From Epithemia pelagica (lineage: Eukaryota > Protista > Bacillariophyta): a DNA stretch of 64,000 nt. Under the pieces are notes generated by a model. The model worked only from the letters and a program-made list of their open reading frames with translations, ran no database searches and was not told the origin of the DNA. The stretch lies in assembly GCA_946965045.2 (NCBI GenBank), contig OX337228.1, forward strand, positions 4,402,001 through 4,466,000. Reading direction: 5' to 3'. The position numbers and the translations under genes are program-made. Below, in pieces: positions 18,021 to 30,000 of the stretch. Position 1 is the stretch's first letter; each line of letters begins with the position of its first letter.

Positions 18021-19247
18021 ATGACAATGGACGACGACCATACCCAAACCAAAAGTATTTTGATGGAGGCACGAAATGGAAGCTCTTCTTCTATTCCATT
18101 AGAATCTACTATTCCCTCAGAGAAAGGATCTCAAATGGGGGAGGACGAAGATGGCATCACATTGGTCGCCAAGTATTCCAAGGAACGAATCTCGTTGCCA
18201 AACTTGTCCTCAAGCACTACGATAGGGGACGTAAAATCAATGCTGCAAGCAAGAACACGTATACTTCCCAAGCGCCAGAAGTTTATTGGTCTTGTGGCCC
18301 AGCAAGGAGGTTCCAAAGGAGTTACAGATGATCTACCGCTGTCAGGGCTGAAAGCCAAGACCAAAACAGGGGCTTCCAAAACGAAGTCCGGTGGACCAGT
18401 TGTTCACGAATTCATTCTCATGGGAACACCCGAGGAGGAAATTTTTGTGGACCCTGGAGATCGAGATGACTTGCCTGATGTTATCGACGATTTCGATTTG
18501 GATTTCAATGCAGGATCGGAGGAATGGCTTCGACACGTTGCGAATCAGGAGAATCTGAAATCCTTCACTGACAAGACAGAAATACACATGATGAATCCTA
18601 CCAGGGGAAAGCCCTTGCTTGTTTTGGACTTAGATCATACTCTGTTAGATTTCAGCTCCAAACGACTACAACGTTCTTCCTCGCAAAGCACAGCTGCGGA
18701 GATGATGAAAAGACCATACATGGATGCCTTTCTAACACAGTGCTACCAATACTACGACCTGGCTGTGTGGAGCCAAACCTCGTGGCGATGGCTGGAAACA
18801 AAGCTAATCGAGCTGTCCATGTTGAACCATCCTGGATACAGATTCTGTTTTGTGCTCGACAAGACTTCAATGTTTACAATCAAAAGTACTCGTAAAAACG
18901 GAACAAGTGCTCAGCATCATGTGAAACCGTTGCAGATCATCTGGAGCAAATTGCCTCAATTCAATGCTTCCAATACCGTACACGTTGACGACCTGAGTCG
19001 GAATTTTGCTCTTAATTTATCGTCTGGTATTCATGTTTCCGCCTATCATCGCAAAGTTGGAAGAGACGATTCCGAACTCCAAGCATTGGGACATTACTTG
19101 GTCCAGCTCGCGGAAGCAAACGTGAGTTTTGATATTGTTGACTTTCGAGAGTGGCGTTCTGTTTGTGATGGATCAAAGCCTCTACTTTCGCAGGCCATGT
19201 TGGATGATGGAAATGCAGATAAAGGTGATGCGGACTCTGATGTCTGA
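18021..19247 (+). CDS. UBLCP1: Ubiquitin-like domain-containing CTD phosphatase
   Basis: UBL domain (TGILPKRQK-like RILPKRQKFIGL), HAD motif LDLDHTLLD, and RPYMDAFL...WSQTSWRW...KPLQIIW...DDLSRNFALN. The start is the inferred ATG. Confidence 0.9.
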   Translation: MTMDDDHTQTKSILMEARNGSSSSIPLESTIPSEKGSQMGEDEDGITLVAKYSKERISLPNLSSSTTIGDVKSMLQARTRILPKRQKFIGLVAQQGGSKGVTDDLPLSGLKAKTKTGASKTKSGGPVVHEFILMGTPEEEIFVDPGDRDDLPDVIDDFDLDFNAGSEEWLRHVANQENLKSFTDKTEIHMMNPTRGKPLLVLDLDHTLLDFSSKRLQRSSSQSTAAEMMKRPYMDAFLTQCYQYYDLAVWSQTSWRWLETKLIELSMLNHPGYRFCFVLDKTSMFTIKSTRKNGTSAQHHVKPLQIIWSKLPQFNASNTVHVDDLSRNFALNLSSGIHVSAYHRKVGRDDSELQALGHYLVQLAEANVSFDIVDFREWRSVCDGSKPLLSQAMLDDGNADKGDADSDV

Positions 19248-19545
19248 AGCCGTAATGATTTTGCAGCTACAAGGGTCATTTCGTCTGTTTTTTAACATCG
19301 CAGAAACATTAGTTCCGTGTCAGCGCTTGGCCGTTACATTCGTATGGTCTCTATTCACCTGACTGGTCTCATGGTTTCTGAACTCCTGAAATATCTCGTT
19401 TCCGGAGAAGTATGATTGTCGCCATCCAATGAAATGCGTAGAATAATGGCACTATTGAAACTCCTAGGTCGCGAGCCAATCAATCTCCCAGATTTCTAGG
19501 TAGACATGTGAGCTTAACTCCAGCCCTGCAGAACCACTGGACGAC

Positions 19546-20755
19546 TCAAAAATTTCGATCTCCAACGTCCCCTCTTTTGTTACCGCTTCCTCGAGGGTTT
19601 TCGTCTCTGAAATCATCCCACTTCCTATCAAGAGCAGCAGAAGCGTCCACAAGTGCCGCGTTGTCTTCCAAACCAGCTTTCAACAATTGTTCGTATCTTC
19701 GCGGAGCATCAACTTGTGCAGCCTCTTGCTCTTTTTGTCTTCTGTCCCTCTCGAGCGCCGCTGCCACTTCCCTGTCCGCTAATTCCTCGATCGTCATCGT
19801 AGGTTGGTTCCATCCACGTCGAAATACTTTGCTTCGAATCTCTTCCTTTTTCATTTGTAAAGTTCCACTCGTCGGGTCTCGCGTAATGTGCGTAACCTGC
19901 AACGGCTTCGTCTGAGAAGATGACCGATCGATGCTACTCGGCTGATGAGGATCCGGCCTTCCGTCTTTAGAAAAACGTTGAGATTGTCGATGATCCTGTT
20001 CTTGATGTTTCACCATTCTTGATAACATTGGTAGTTCTGTGATATGAGGTGAGGTCAGTGAAGCTCGTTCCTCGGAGTAGTTGGTACCAAAATTAGGTTT
20101 CACTCTTACCTTGAACTGCACTAGACCATTCCTCAATCGCATCCTGTTTGGCTAAATCTAGAGACTTCAAGGCCAAAGATCTATTCAACGATTCTTGGTC
20201 ATACCCATCCATTTCTTCGCTACCGAGCCCCAAACGTTTCCGACGATCTCTCAACGCTCGGAGCTTTTCCATCTCTTGTTCAACTTGCTTCCTGGCATTG
20301 TATCGTGCAATTTTGGTATCGCGGTTGGTTGAAAATATTTTCTGGTTTTCTTCGTTCCATGAATCAGATACTTCCACAAGTGTGTGGTACTCACATTGCT
20401 CCTGGTCCGATAGCAATTCCATATTTTCCATAGTTTCGAAAAACGTCAACCAAAAGTCGCATGCTCGTTGTAGATTGACAAGTCGATCCCTCATTTTTTC
20501 TCTATTGATAACTGGCAGTTGCGTCAGCGCCTTGGCGAGATAGTGATTGAGCGAGAGCCATGGAATATTGAAAGTGGCCATGTCATCCAATGTTTCATTG
20601 CTTGATATGATTGAATTAGCTCGAACCCATTCCTGCAATGATTCAAGGTTTGGGACAGCCTCTGCCGACCCTCCATTGTTAACGATGGCAACGGCCTTGT
20701 AAAACTTCTCCAAGGCCGCCGAATGATTCTCTGGATCTTGCTCGTGCTCATTCAT
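19546..20755 (-). CDS. TAP42: TAP42/alpha4 (IGBP1) PP2A regulatory subunit, 2 exons (intron 20037-20109)
   Basis: SSNETLDDMAT, RDTKIARY, PTMTIEELADRE and RKWDDFRDENPRGSGN. The GTAAG...CAG intron joins Q-E-L-P-M-L in frame. Confidence 0.88.
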
Positions 20756-20953
20756 GGTTCTTCTGATGCGAAGGAAAGATGAAAGATGAAAGATGAAAGC
20801 GGGATGGGAGATGGGACTGTTGTGGTTCGTGGTTCGCTTTATCTGAACTGACGGGTCGCAGACAGACTTCATTTCATTTGTTTGGGTCCCGCTTCAACTC
20901 GGTTTCTCGTCATGTCAAAATGAGCAAAAGCCGTTCATGCAAAGTCGAAAACC

Positions 20954-22567
20954 ATGATGGAAACTTCTGAAACTAAAGAGGAATGGATTGATATCGAGCC
21001 ACCAGACAGTATGCCTGAGGCTGACTCGTCGATCGTGACTTGCTCGGATGGGACAATTGATGGATCAGTTTTGGACGGTGGAGAAATGGAAATTCTTCTT
21101 CAAAGTCTGGATGAGCCATGTGCACCCTTGGCCCCCTCAGTTGAAAGCGCACTTCACCGCTCTTTGTCAGGGATTCTGTCCAGCACGTCGGGTGATTCCT
21201 ACTACGGATTGCCGTTGTCACCGGAAGATGCTGAACAAAGGATGCCTCAGGGAGACGGTGGTCTGACATGGTATGCACTTGTTATTCCGGACTTGTTCTT
21301 CAGTGATGGTAGATTGATAGGAGGTCTCAACAAACGAGATTTTGACACGGGAAAACAAGAAATCAAACCTCGAAGACCCAGTTTACCCATGACGGCGTCT
21401 TCGCTACTTGATTCTCTTACAAAGATAGACGGCGAGAATGGCCCTCGCTATATTTTTCACGGCGTTCTCAATGGATGGCCTGCACTTCGATGCTTTGAGC
21501 TAGTGAGCCTCGAACAGAGACGGCAGTCTACGTCCATGATTCCTTCTCCGAAAGAGATTCTATCAGGACAAATCTTGTGGATGACCATCTGGAGGTCGAA
21601 TGTCGAAGGAACACAGGGAATTGCTCCTGCCCTGCCCAATGAGCGCCGTATTCATCGTGCAATCTTACGTGGTGCTCCGTGGACAGCTCGAGGTCTGTAA
21701 ATGGGACTCCTCTTCATGTTTTGGTTATACTCTGCAGTCTGTCTGAAGTTTTGCTCACCGAATGCTCACTGCTTGTCATGTCTCCTAGGTTGGTCGAAAT
21801 CCTCGTCAGGTTTTGCTTGGTGGTTCGAACCACACCGTCCTAGCTCTCAGCCTCGTCTCACTTATGGAACCGACATGCTTCAGCAACTTGGTGATGATTC
21901 AAAATGTACACATATACACATGGTATCCCATCGGTATGCGGTACGGCGTGAATCGCCGAGAGATCGTCTGACGTACCATTCTGTCTGCTTGTTAGAGTGG
22001 GAACACGGGCAGTACTGCACAGTTGTAGAGTGTGCCTACCTGAACGGCATGGGCGGATACAATGGGAAAAGTAACTGGTGCGAAGATCGAGATGCGGTCA
22101 TTCCTGCATTGTACAAAGCCATTCCACCAGAAATGGTTTGTCCATGGCGAATGACATCTGCCGAGATTCGTTGTTTCGATGTTTCGTCGAGAAACCTTGA
22201 GGAATTCAAAGAATTCGTTGCCAAATACGAAGGTAAAGATCAACGGTTTGTGGATCCGCAGTATAGTTTCTCGCACCCTGCTCGTTTGACCTTTCGATCC
22301 AAAAAGCATATTGCACAATACCTCCTGAACTACATTCAACGTGACTCCACGTACGCCGAATTGAAACGAAATTGTCAAACATTTGCCGCGGACTTTTGTG
22401 CCTTTGTTGCTGGAAAGAAGAATATCGTTCCTTTCCATCCAGTGTCACGGATAGACTATCAAAATCGAACATATCTATTCCTTTACGATTCGTACATGTA
22501 CGAGAGTCGCGAAGAGAAACGGAAAAAGAAGCAATCATTCAAGAAAAAATCGGAATCTGTAATTTAG
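20954..22567 (+). CDS. Hypothetical protein, 2 exons (intron 21693-21788); C-terminal half resembles a permuted papain-like (PPPDE/NlpC-P60) fold
   Basis: Adjacent ORFs join in frame across GTCTGT...CTAG (TARG|WSK). His in TYHSVCLLE precedes YAELKRNCQTFAADF, which resembles the Y-x-L-x3-NC-x2-F nucleophile motif. Confidence 0.5.
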
Positions 22568-22645
22568 TGGTATCATTAAGGCAAAACGGCAATTGAAAGT
22601 CTATGCAAGAGTAATCTCTCCTAGGCTTTATCCCAGTGACAATGC

Positions 22646-24150
22646 TTAGTCATACATATCTTCATCATTGTCTCCGTCATTGTTATTGTCGTTGTTACCG
22701 TCATTGTCGTTGCCGTTTCCACCACCTCCACCAAAGAAGCCCCCGTCGTCTCCCATAGAATCCATCAAAAGATTGGCGGCCAATGCTTCGTTCTTATCGC
22801 AAGCCAAAAACGCTTGTGCGGCTTCCGCTCTGTCGAAACCCATTTCTGTGAGACGATCCACAGCCGCCATCTCTTCGTCGGTCAGGCGCAACACTTGCGG
22901 GGATCCCATCCCACCACCTCCAGGTGCACCGCCAGCCCCACCCATTGCCTGCATCATAAACTGTTGTAATTGTTCTGGAGGCATTTGTCCAATCATCTGG
23001 GCCGTCGCACGCAATTGCTCTGGTGAGAGACCCATCATTGTGGCCATTTGCTGCAGCTCGTCCGCGCTCATGCTATTAATCATTTGAGCCATCTGCGCAG
23101 GATTTCCAAGTCCTCCCAGAGCCCCAGCTCCTAAGCCGCCAGCTCCCGGACTGCTGGAGCTGCTATTCGAGGTAGCCGTGGAGGAGTCTGGACCTGACGA
23201 GGAAGAAGTGTCGGTGGTTTCGGTTACAGGCTCATTCATCATTTGCAAAAACAGGGCCTGGTTGTCATTAATTTCTTGTAGCAATTGAGGTTGTTGCTGA
23301 CCGATTTGACTCAATACACTCTGAAGCATCTGCGGATTGGATTGCACCAATCGGCGCAAATCATTGAACTGAGGATGATTTCTCAGAGCCTGAAGAGTCT
23401 GTGATGACGATGAAGACGAGGATGTGGCCGCCGGCGTTGGAACTGACGAGCTCCCTGCCGAACCCACATTAATTCCTTCCGGAATTCCATTCGTCAAGAA
23501 TTCGACTGCCATATCAGGGTTTCCTTGCGCCGCACGCAAGCAATGACGCACTTCCTCCTCCGGAAATCCCATGGCGGTCAAATTACCAATCACTTCTGGT
23601 GGGAAGTCCGCTGATTGCCCCGAAGGAGCGGCTGGTGTTGAGGTTGTTGTGGATGTCGGCGCGGGTGTCGCTGCAGTGGTTGCTGCAGCCGGTGCGGTGG
23701 CTGGAGTAGAGGAGGCAGCAGCAGGAGCGGCAGGTTCAGCTGTAGGTGCAGCAGCTGTTGACTGGGCTGATGCTTTTGGAGTTGCGGTTGCTGCCGCTGT
23801 TGCCTTCTTGGCCTTCGCAATCATGACCACCAAGAAATCATTCTCCTTCACACCAATCTCGGAAAGAACATCTTCATCTTTCAGGACCTTTCCCGACTTT
23901 ATTAATTTCATGTTAGCAGCTGGTAAATCTGATTTGGCAGTTTCCTATAGTTTCAGAAACATGGTATAAGGTCAGCATCAAGCGTGTGGGTAATCCAAGA
24001 ATGATTAATTTCGACTCTTTGTTCCGCGACGGGGGCCAATGGGCGCGCAAGTGGACTTACGATCACGGCTTTCACTTCTGCCACCGTGTTGGACTCCTCG
24101 ACCTGAATGTCAAACTTGCCACCTGTCAAAGTTTTAACAAGCAGCTTCAT
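22646..24150 (-). CDS. RAD23: UV excision repair/proteasome shuttle RAD23 (UBL-UBA-XPC-binding-UBA), intron about 23946-24060
   Basis: MKLLVKTLTG UBL start; UBA LTAMGF...LRAAQGNPDMAVEFL; LRNHPQFNDLRRLVQSNP; AVDRLTEMGFDRAEAAQAFLACDKNEALAANLL. Confidence 0.95.
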
Positions 24151-24392
24151 GGTCTTCTATCTTTCCCTGGAAAATGCGCCGCTTAGAAATAGTCTTGCAA
24201 CTTTGACTTCTTGATACGGGTATTGGGTGTTGCGGTGGGAGCAAATGATGAGATATGAGATGTGAACAGAAGCTGGTGGAAATGCTGTCTGATCGTCTGT
24301 CCGATCTCTCAACCGAACCCAACCATTCTCCACGCTCGTGGCCATCCGTCGAAAACTAGGTCGCATCCATTCTTGTTTCTTTTTTGTCGACC

Positions 24393-25088
24393 ATGACGGA
24401 ACCGGAGAAGGAGACGTTACGGGAGTGGGTGATGCAACTCGCGGAAATCAATGTGAGTGCTGATCATGGGAACTCCCAGACTCTTCGTCTATCTAAAGCC
24501 GAGCGCAAAGCAAGACGCGAAGCTCAAAAGTCCAAGAAACAAGCAGACCGTACGGAGCGAACGGAGCGAAAGAGACCACGAGTTAGTCAACCGGGGGAAG
24601 ATGGGAGGGCTGTCGCAAAGTCCTTGTCGGATTTGAGGCCAAGGACCATCCATAGAAATCATCCGCTGATTCTCGCTATGAAAAGTTTTGCATCGGATGG
24701 ACAGGTTGCCTACCGACAGAGACTATTTGTGGGAGATTCGGCATCCCATCATCGCAAACGACGATGGGACGAAGTAGGAATCCAACCACGTAGCCGGGAC
24801 TATGGAGGGATTGGCTTGGCGCGACCAAGTCTTTTCTTGTCGTTTGACGATCCCTCTTGGCTTCCTAAACTTGAGCAAGAATTTGCGGAACACGTCCCCG
24901 GATTCTTTGGAAAACAACGTACGAAAGCTATGAAGAAGCAGCTCAACGCTAACATGCTTTGGAAGCGTTTGTTGAATGAGAAACAGCAACAGAACAATCC
25001 AAGAAAAAGGAAAAAATTGAATCATGTTACGAAGGCCTCCACGGATGATCGGGTAGAAGCACTTCTTCGAACTGGAGCCGATTTGTAA
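24393..25088 (+). CDS. Hypothetical basic protein
   Basis: About 231-aa ATG ORF divergent from RAD23, Lys/Arg-rich, with no recognised domain. Confidence 0.55.
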   Translation: MTEPEKETLREWVMQLAEINVSADHGNSQTLRLSKAERKARREAQKSKKQADRTERTERKRPRVSQPGEDGRAVAKSLSDLRPRTIHRNHPLILAMKSFASDGQVAYRQRLFVGDSASHHRKRRWDEVGIQPRSRDYGGIGLARPSLFLSFDDPSWLPKLEQEFAEHVPGFFGKQRTKAMKKQLNANMLWKRLLNEKQQQNNPRKRKKLNHVTKASTDDRVEALLRTGADL

Positions 25089-25429
25089 ACTATTGTGCAG
25101 CTTTCGCCAACATGACTTATGTCTTATGTCCCCTACATACCTAATTCATAGATGTAGGCTCGGCCAAGCTCACACTTGAGTGGTGTATGAATAGTTGCTA
25201 TCGAATGCATCTTTATTAAATTTACATTTACATGGGTCTAAGAGCTTTTGCGCGATGTGCTTCTATCTGGCCAGAACATATGCCCTCTATCTTGATATCC
25301 TTGCACCTCTTTCTATCGAAGAAGCAATCTCCTTCGTGCATCAATGTACAACATGGTGTCTGGACTGGAGCATCCCTCTAGCCTCGTCTTATAATGAACG
25401 GCGAACCAATGGTTCCCTCTGATCCTTCA

Positions 25430-25873
25430 CTATTTCACTTCTTTCGTGCTCAAGTCTATGCTTTCTGCGGCCGGCCATACAAGGAATCGGCCACGTCTCT
25501 GAGGAGTCTGCGTCCAAACAATGAATCGCCCCCGCTTTTGATACGACGGCGACAGAGAAAGGTCTTGTGTGGTATCGTCACAATCGTGATGGGGAACAGA
25601 CAAAGGGCGAGGATATTCAGCCGCACTGTCATGGCACGAATGGTCTTCCTTGACCTGTGTATCGACAAGAACGCTTGAATCCTGACATAGCTCGGTATCG
25701 ACGTAATCCAGGGGCGGACGATCCTCCACACCCGGTGCGAATGAAACATAGTCCTGCTTTGGCATGGGCGAGAGAGACATGTTGTAGCTATTGGCCTGGT
25801 CTTCACCGTCAGATTGCTTGTCCAATGTTCTAAATCTTGTTTGTGAGGTCGGGGGGAGAAGACGTCCAACCAT
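25430..25873 (-). CDS. Hypothetical low-complexity protein with a tandem RGRF(I/L)VW motif
   Basis: ORF 25430-25993 with first ATG at 25873; KRGRFIVW and RRGRFLVW near the C-terminus. Confidence 0.4.
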   Translation of the reverse strand: MVGRLLPPTSQTRFRTLDKQSDGEDQANSYNMSLSPMPKQDYVSFAPGVEDRPPLDYVDTELCQDSSVLVDTQVKEDHSCHDSAAEYPRPLSVPHHDCDDTTQDLSLSPSYQKRGRFIVWTQTPQRRGRFLVWPAAESIDLSTKEVK

Positions 25874-26849
25874 GTTCGTTATTGTGGCATCATAAGAATT
25901 GGAATCGATTGTTGGGGGAGGTTTTGTGTCAAAAAGTAGAAAAGAATTACTCCTATTGCGAGCTGGCACACGAAGTGCATCTGACGCGAACAATCTCCGT
26001 CGCAGTTTTTGGCCATAGACCTACAATAAGACACTGTATGGTACAATATAGAGTAGAGAGCCCTATGAAACGTGGCAAGAGGCCCTTTTATTGTCGGGAT
26101 TGTTCTTTAGGAGTAGAATGTAACAGTGACACGGACACGGGTAGCTGGTGCGCCAACGGCAAGTAGGAGTAACTCTTTCACGGGCGACCAGTAACCATGA
26201 CCAGGGCTTACCAATTACTCCCACCAACGGAGCGAACTCGGGGAGCAAAAACCAAAAAATCTACCTCTAGACAGGGTAGGTTGGTACAATAGGAGTACGT
26301 CGTAGGTACTCCTAGTGTCTAGTCTACCTCCGGGTACCCTACGTAGAAAGCCTACCAGAAATTCAAATCTGGAACATAAATTTTTCTTTAAAAAGTTTGG
26401 CCGATTCGACCACTGAACATATCAAAAAATTCCTCACATTCGATTTCCTGTAGAGAATTTTTACCCCAAGCCTTGAAAACCACTTTGAAAATTGAGTGAT
26501 TTTCCGTTGCGTAGGAAAATGTACTGGGGTATACTTGTCCTCACCATGAGGACAGCGGTAGACTAGACACTAGCTAGCTCCTACGTACTCCTCTACTGAG
26601 CTTCACCTAGTAGAGACGTCTCGCAACTCGCATCCCCAAGACCGATATGATAAAGCTCGCGAACTTTTTTGCGGGGACTCGCACATCGTTGGTATCTTTT
26701 CGCCTTTGCACTTTCATCTTTCATCATCTACTAACAGACAGTCGTGTAGACTTATTCTGTGGAAACTACAATACAATAGGGCTCCTTGTCCCTCTTGTCT
26801 GTAGTGCTAGACTTCACGATTCACGTGGAAATACGACACGTTTACTCCG

Positions 26850-26960
26850 CAAAATACGCGCATGATAGTGACTCGAAAATAAAATTGTGTCTATCTCATG
26901 CCTCAAGCTTAGAGGCCTAAACTATCGCTAAATTTCGCCCAGTACCATAGCCATATTTTG
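26850..26960 (-). repeat. 3' LTR (111 bp)
   Basis: CAAAATACGCG...CCATATTTTG, identical by eye to 33009-33119. A purine-rich PPT-like GTGAGGGGAC lies directly 5' of it on the minus strand (26961-26970). Confidence 0.92.
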
Positions 26961-27050
26961 GTCCCCTCACAGTTCTACCGCTCATTAGTGGGGTAACTGT
27001 GCCTTTTCTTCATCCATCATTCCATCTAGACCTGCTTAGAGTCCCAAATA

Positions 27051-30000
27051 TCAAGTAGGGTGCAGGACGTACCCAGTCCCAACAATCATCGAAGCCAACC
27101 GTGTTCTCTCTGTTCCTGTTTGAACCTTAGTAAGAAGATCAGCAAGGTTAGTCTTAGATGGTTCATAGGCAATTCGGCACATTCCTGAAGCAACATTCTC
27201 ACGAACAAAATGATATGCGATTGAATTTGACTTCTTCTTCAAACTTGATTCGGGAATTGTACTGTTATGAACAACAGACATATTATCCACCCGAATATGT
27301 GCATGACCGTCCAAAGGTACACCCATCATCCTTAATTTGTATCGTAGCCCCTTGATCATTTCGATACCGACTTTGAGGGCCATATACTCTGAACCAAACG
27401 TCGATGTCTCAACACTTGTTTGCTTCTTGCTGTACCAACTCACTGGAGCACGATTCAGATATATCAGTATCCCTGTTCTTGATCTCCGAGTTGCCAAATC
27501 TCCAGCATGATCCGAATCAACAAACACTGTCATCTGGACTGGGTTCCCAAGAGGTTCTGGTGCGTCTGTCGGCAAGTCTTCTCTCGCATCCAGGTAAAAT
27601 CCCGACCAGTCAGAGGCAATCTCTTCCCCATGTTGTATGTAAGAGGGGTCCAACACTAGTCTTGAGCGATCATGCAGATTCAAATACGCAAAAATATGCA
27701 GCATAGCATGGACATGACCCTCTCTGGGTCCTGCCAAGAAAGCCGCCAACATGGAGACTTCTGCAGTAATGTCGATCCTGCCCAGTTCTACCAACCATCT
27801 TAGAACACCGATTTGCTGCTGGTAAAACGAATGCCAGTCTTGATTACAATATGCACTTGTGTCCAGTTCAGGACGATATCCAGTCGGTAAGACACTAGGG
27901 GCTCTTGTTTTCAAACTGAGACTTCTTTCATCTAACCAAATCTTGACGTTGCGTATCGCTTCGGTAGCGTACCGTTTTGAACTAAGGGCCCAACAACGCT
28001 TACTCACATCTCCGTCGATGTCAAAGGTTTCGACTTGGTTACCAAGATATATCTTAGGTTCTCCGATAGAGCTTGGTTTCAACAGGTAGTGTTGATCAAT
28101 CATATTCAGGATGTCTTTGCCTCGGTGCGAAATCACTAGCACATCATCAATATAGATGAAGACAAGTTCGTAGTATTTCGTCCCATCTTCCTTCGTCGAG
28201 GCTCGGAGGTACACGTCAGGGTCCGCCCGACAAGGTCGGAATCCCAAAGATTCTTGGAGCGTCGTAGAAAGGTGCTCTCGCCATGCAAACGCGCTTGTCT
28301 TAAGACCATATAGCGCTTTTGTTATAATTGCATAGCGACCTTCGTTCTCCTTCCCAAATTCTAGCCCACACTTGGTGCAGACTTTCTCATGACAAGGGGC
28401 ATTGAGATATGCCCCGGCTATATCGGCGGCTGTGACATCAATCCCATTTAGCGCCGCAAGGAGGAATCCGATTCGGACACTTTCCCGACTGACAACACTA
28501 GCGTATGTTGGTGTTTCTGGTTCTTGAGTACGATGACCGCCAGCAACATATCTTGCCTTTCTTGTGAAATCCATTTTTATGTCAAAAACGATATGGCAGG
28601 GTATGATCTGGTGTCCGGCCGGATGAGGGGCTCCTTCCTCCAATATTTTGACAGCAGGGAAGATCTTTGACATTTCAAGTTTCAAGGCTTTCGCCCAGAA
28701 GTCAGTCCCTGTTTCTTTGTCTATCTCCAGGGCTCTTTCGACCGTCTTCGGCAGTTCTATTCCGTATTTCTGCCACTTCTTCATATACCTTGTCGTGGAG
28801 ACAGCTTTAATCAATCTGGCGCGCCTTTTCAAAGTGAATCCTACCCACCAGTTGAAAGCGGGTTCTTTGTCAAGAAGGTTGGCTGTTGCGTATTCCGCTA
28901 CTTCAAGGGGATACGACTCTTTCAAGTCCTTCAACATCTCCCATGACGTAGTTCCGTCCTTCCATTGGATGCAAAGTTGCCAACCTCTCGTTGTCCTTTT
29001 CTTGTGCTCACGACCATTGTGAAAGAAAGTTCCCTCGGAAATTGGGACCGCCGTGGCATCTTTGCGGTGATCTATAATTTGATCGATCAACTTAAAGCGA
29101 TTACCGTCGTCATCCAGTTGTTCGTAAATGTTTTCCGCGATTAAATTTGCCGAATAGGACTCGACATGTCCATCTTGAAACTCTACTTCATACAATGAAG
29201 TGTCAAGGTAAGGATTTGTCGATGATTGACCAATCGGGTTCCCATCAGCATCCCGCTTTCTTCTAATTACTTGGCCTGCTCTCTTCGAGTCCCCTAAAGG
29301 GAGCATTACTTTTGCCGAGATGAGCTTGTCGAAAGCGTCAAGTTTGTAGGAGTCTGCTTCTGGGACACGTACGTCCCCTTGCTTTTCGTCTTCATAAGCC
29401 TCATATAAGGGAGTGTCGTGACCGAATTCATCTGGATCTTCATCCTCTTGTGGAGCCACGCCCTCAATACGATCGCCCAAGGATTCCTTCAATTCACTAT
29501 CAAACTGTTCTTTCTGTGCAGTGAATGAGGGGTCGTGCGATTTTTCAACCGACAGAGGCCAAACGGATGTACGGTGGACCACTTTACCTTTTGAGGTCAG
29601 AATCTTTGAACTCATCGCTTGTCCTACCGTCTTACTCGGGCCTAACCACCGGCCGAGTTTCCGATTCTCAAAACCCGGGTTGGAGTACCAAACGGGTTCG
29701 TACCACGTGTACTCAACCAGGTGAGAAATGTCCGGAGTATCTCCCGTTAATGTCTTTATTGGTGGACCGTCATCGAAGGGACCAGAAGAGAAAGCTGTGT
29801 TCGAGCGCCTCTCAGCAACCAGTTGGAGACAATGGTCCCATAGGACTGCTGGTGCATTGGTCCTTCTCATCTCTCTTCTATATGCACGCTTCAATTCGCG
29901 TATATTAGCTTCAGCAAGATTTTGGTTCGGAGTCCACGCCTCGATGGGCCTTATGCGACAACCAAACTTCTGCGCTGTCTTTTTGAACTTGCCACTGGTT

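Noticed and set aside
20774-20798. GAAAGAT x3 microsatellite upstream of TAP42
   Set aside because: Short simple repeat with no further support for a function.
17898-24150. UBLCP1, TAP42 and RAD23 as a functional proteasome/phosphatase cluster
   Set aside because: Mixed orientations, unrelated intervening genes and no operon logic in this genome type; chance proximity is sufficient.
26340-26530. AT-rich patch with a short CCTACG/CGTAGG inversion, possible MITE
   Set aside because: The inverted match is only about 6 bp, with no convincing TSD and no second copy in the window.
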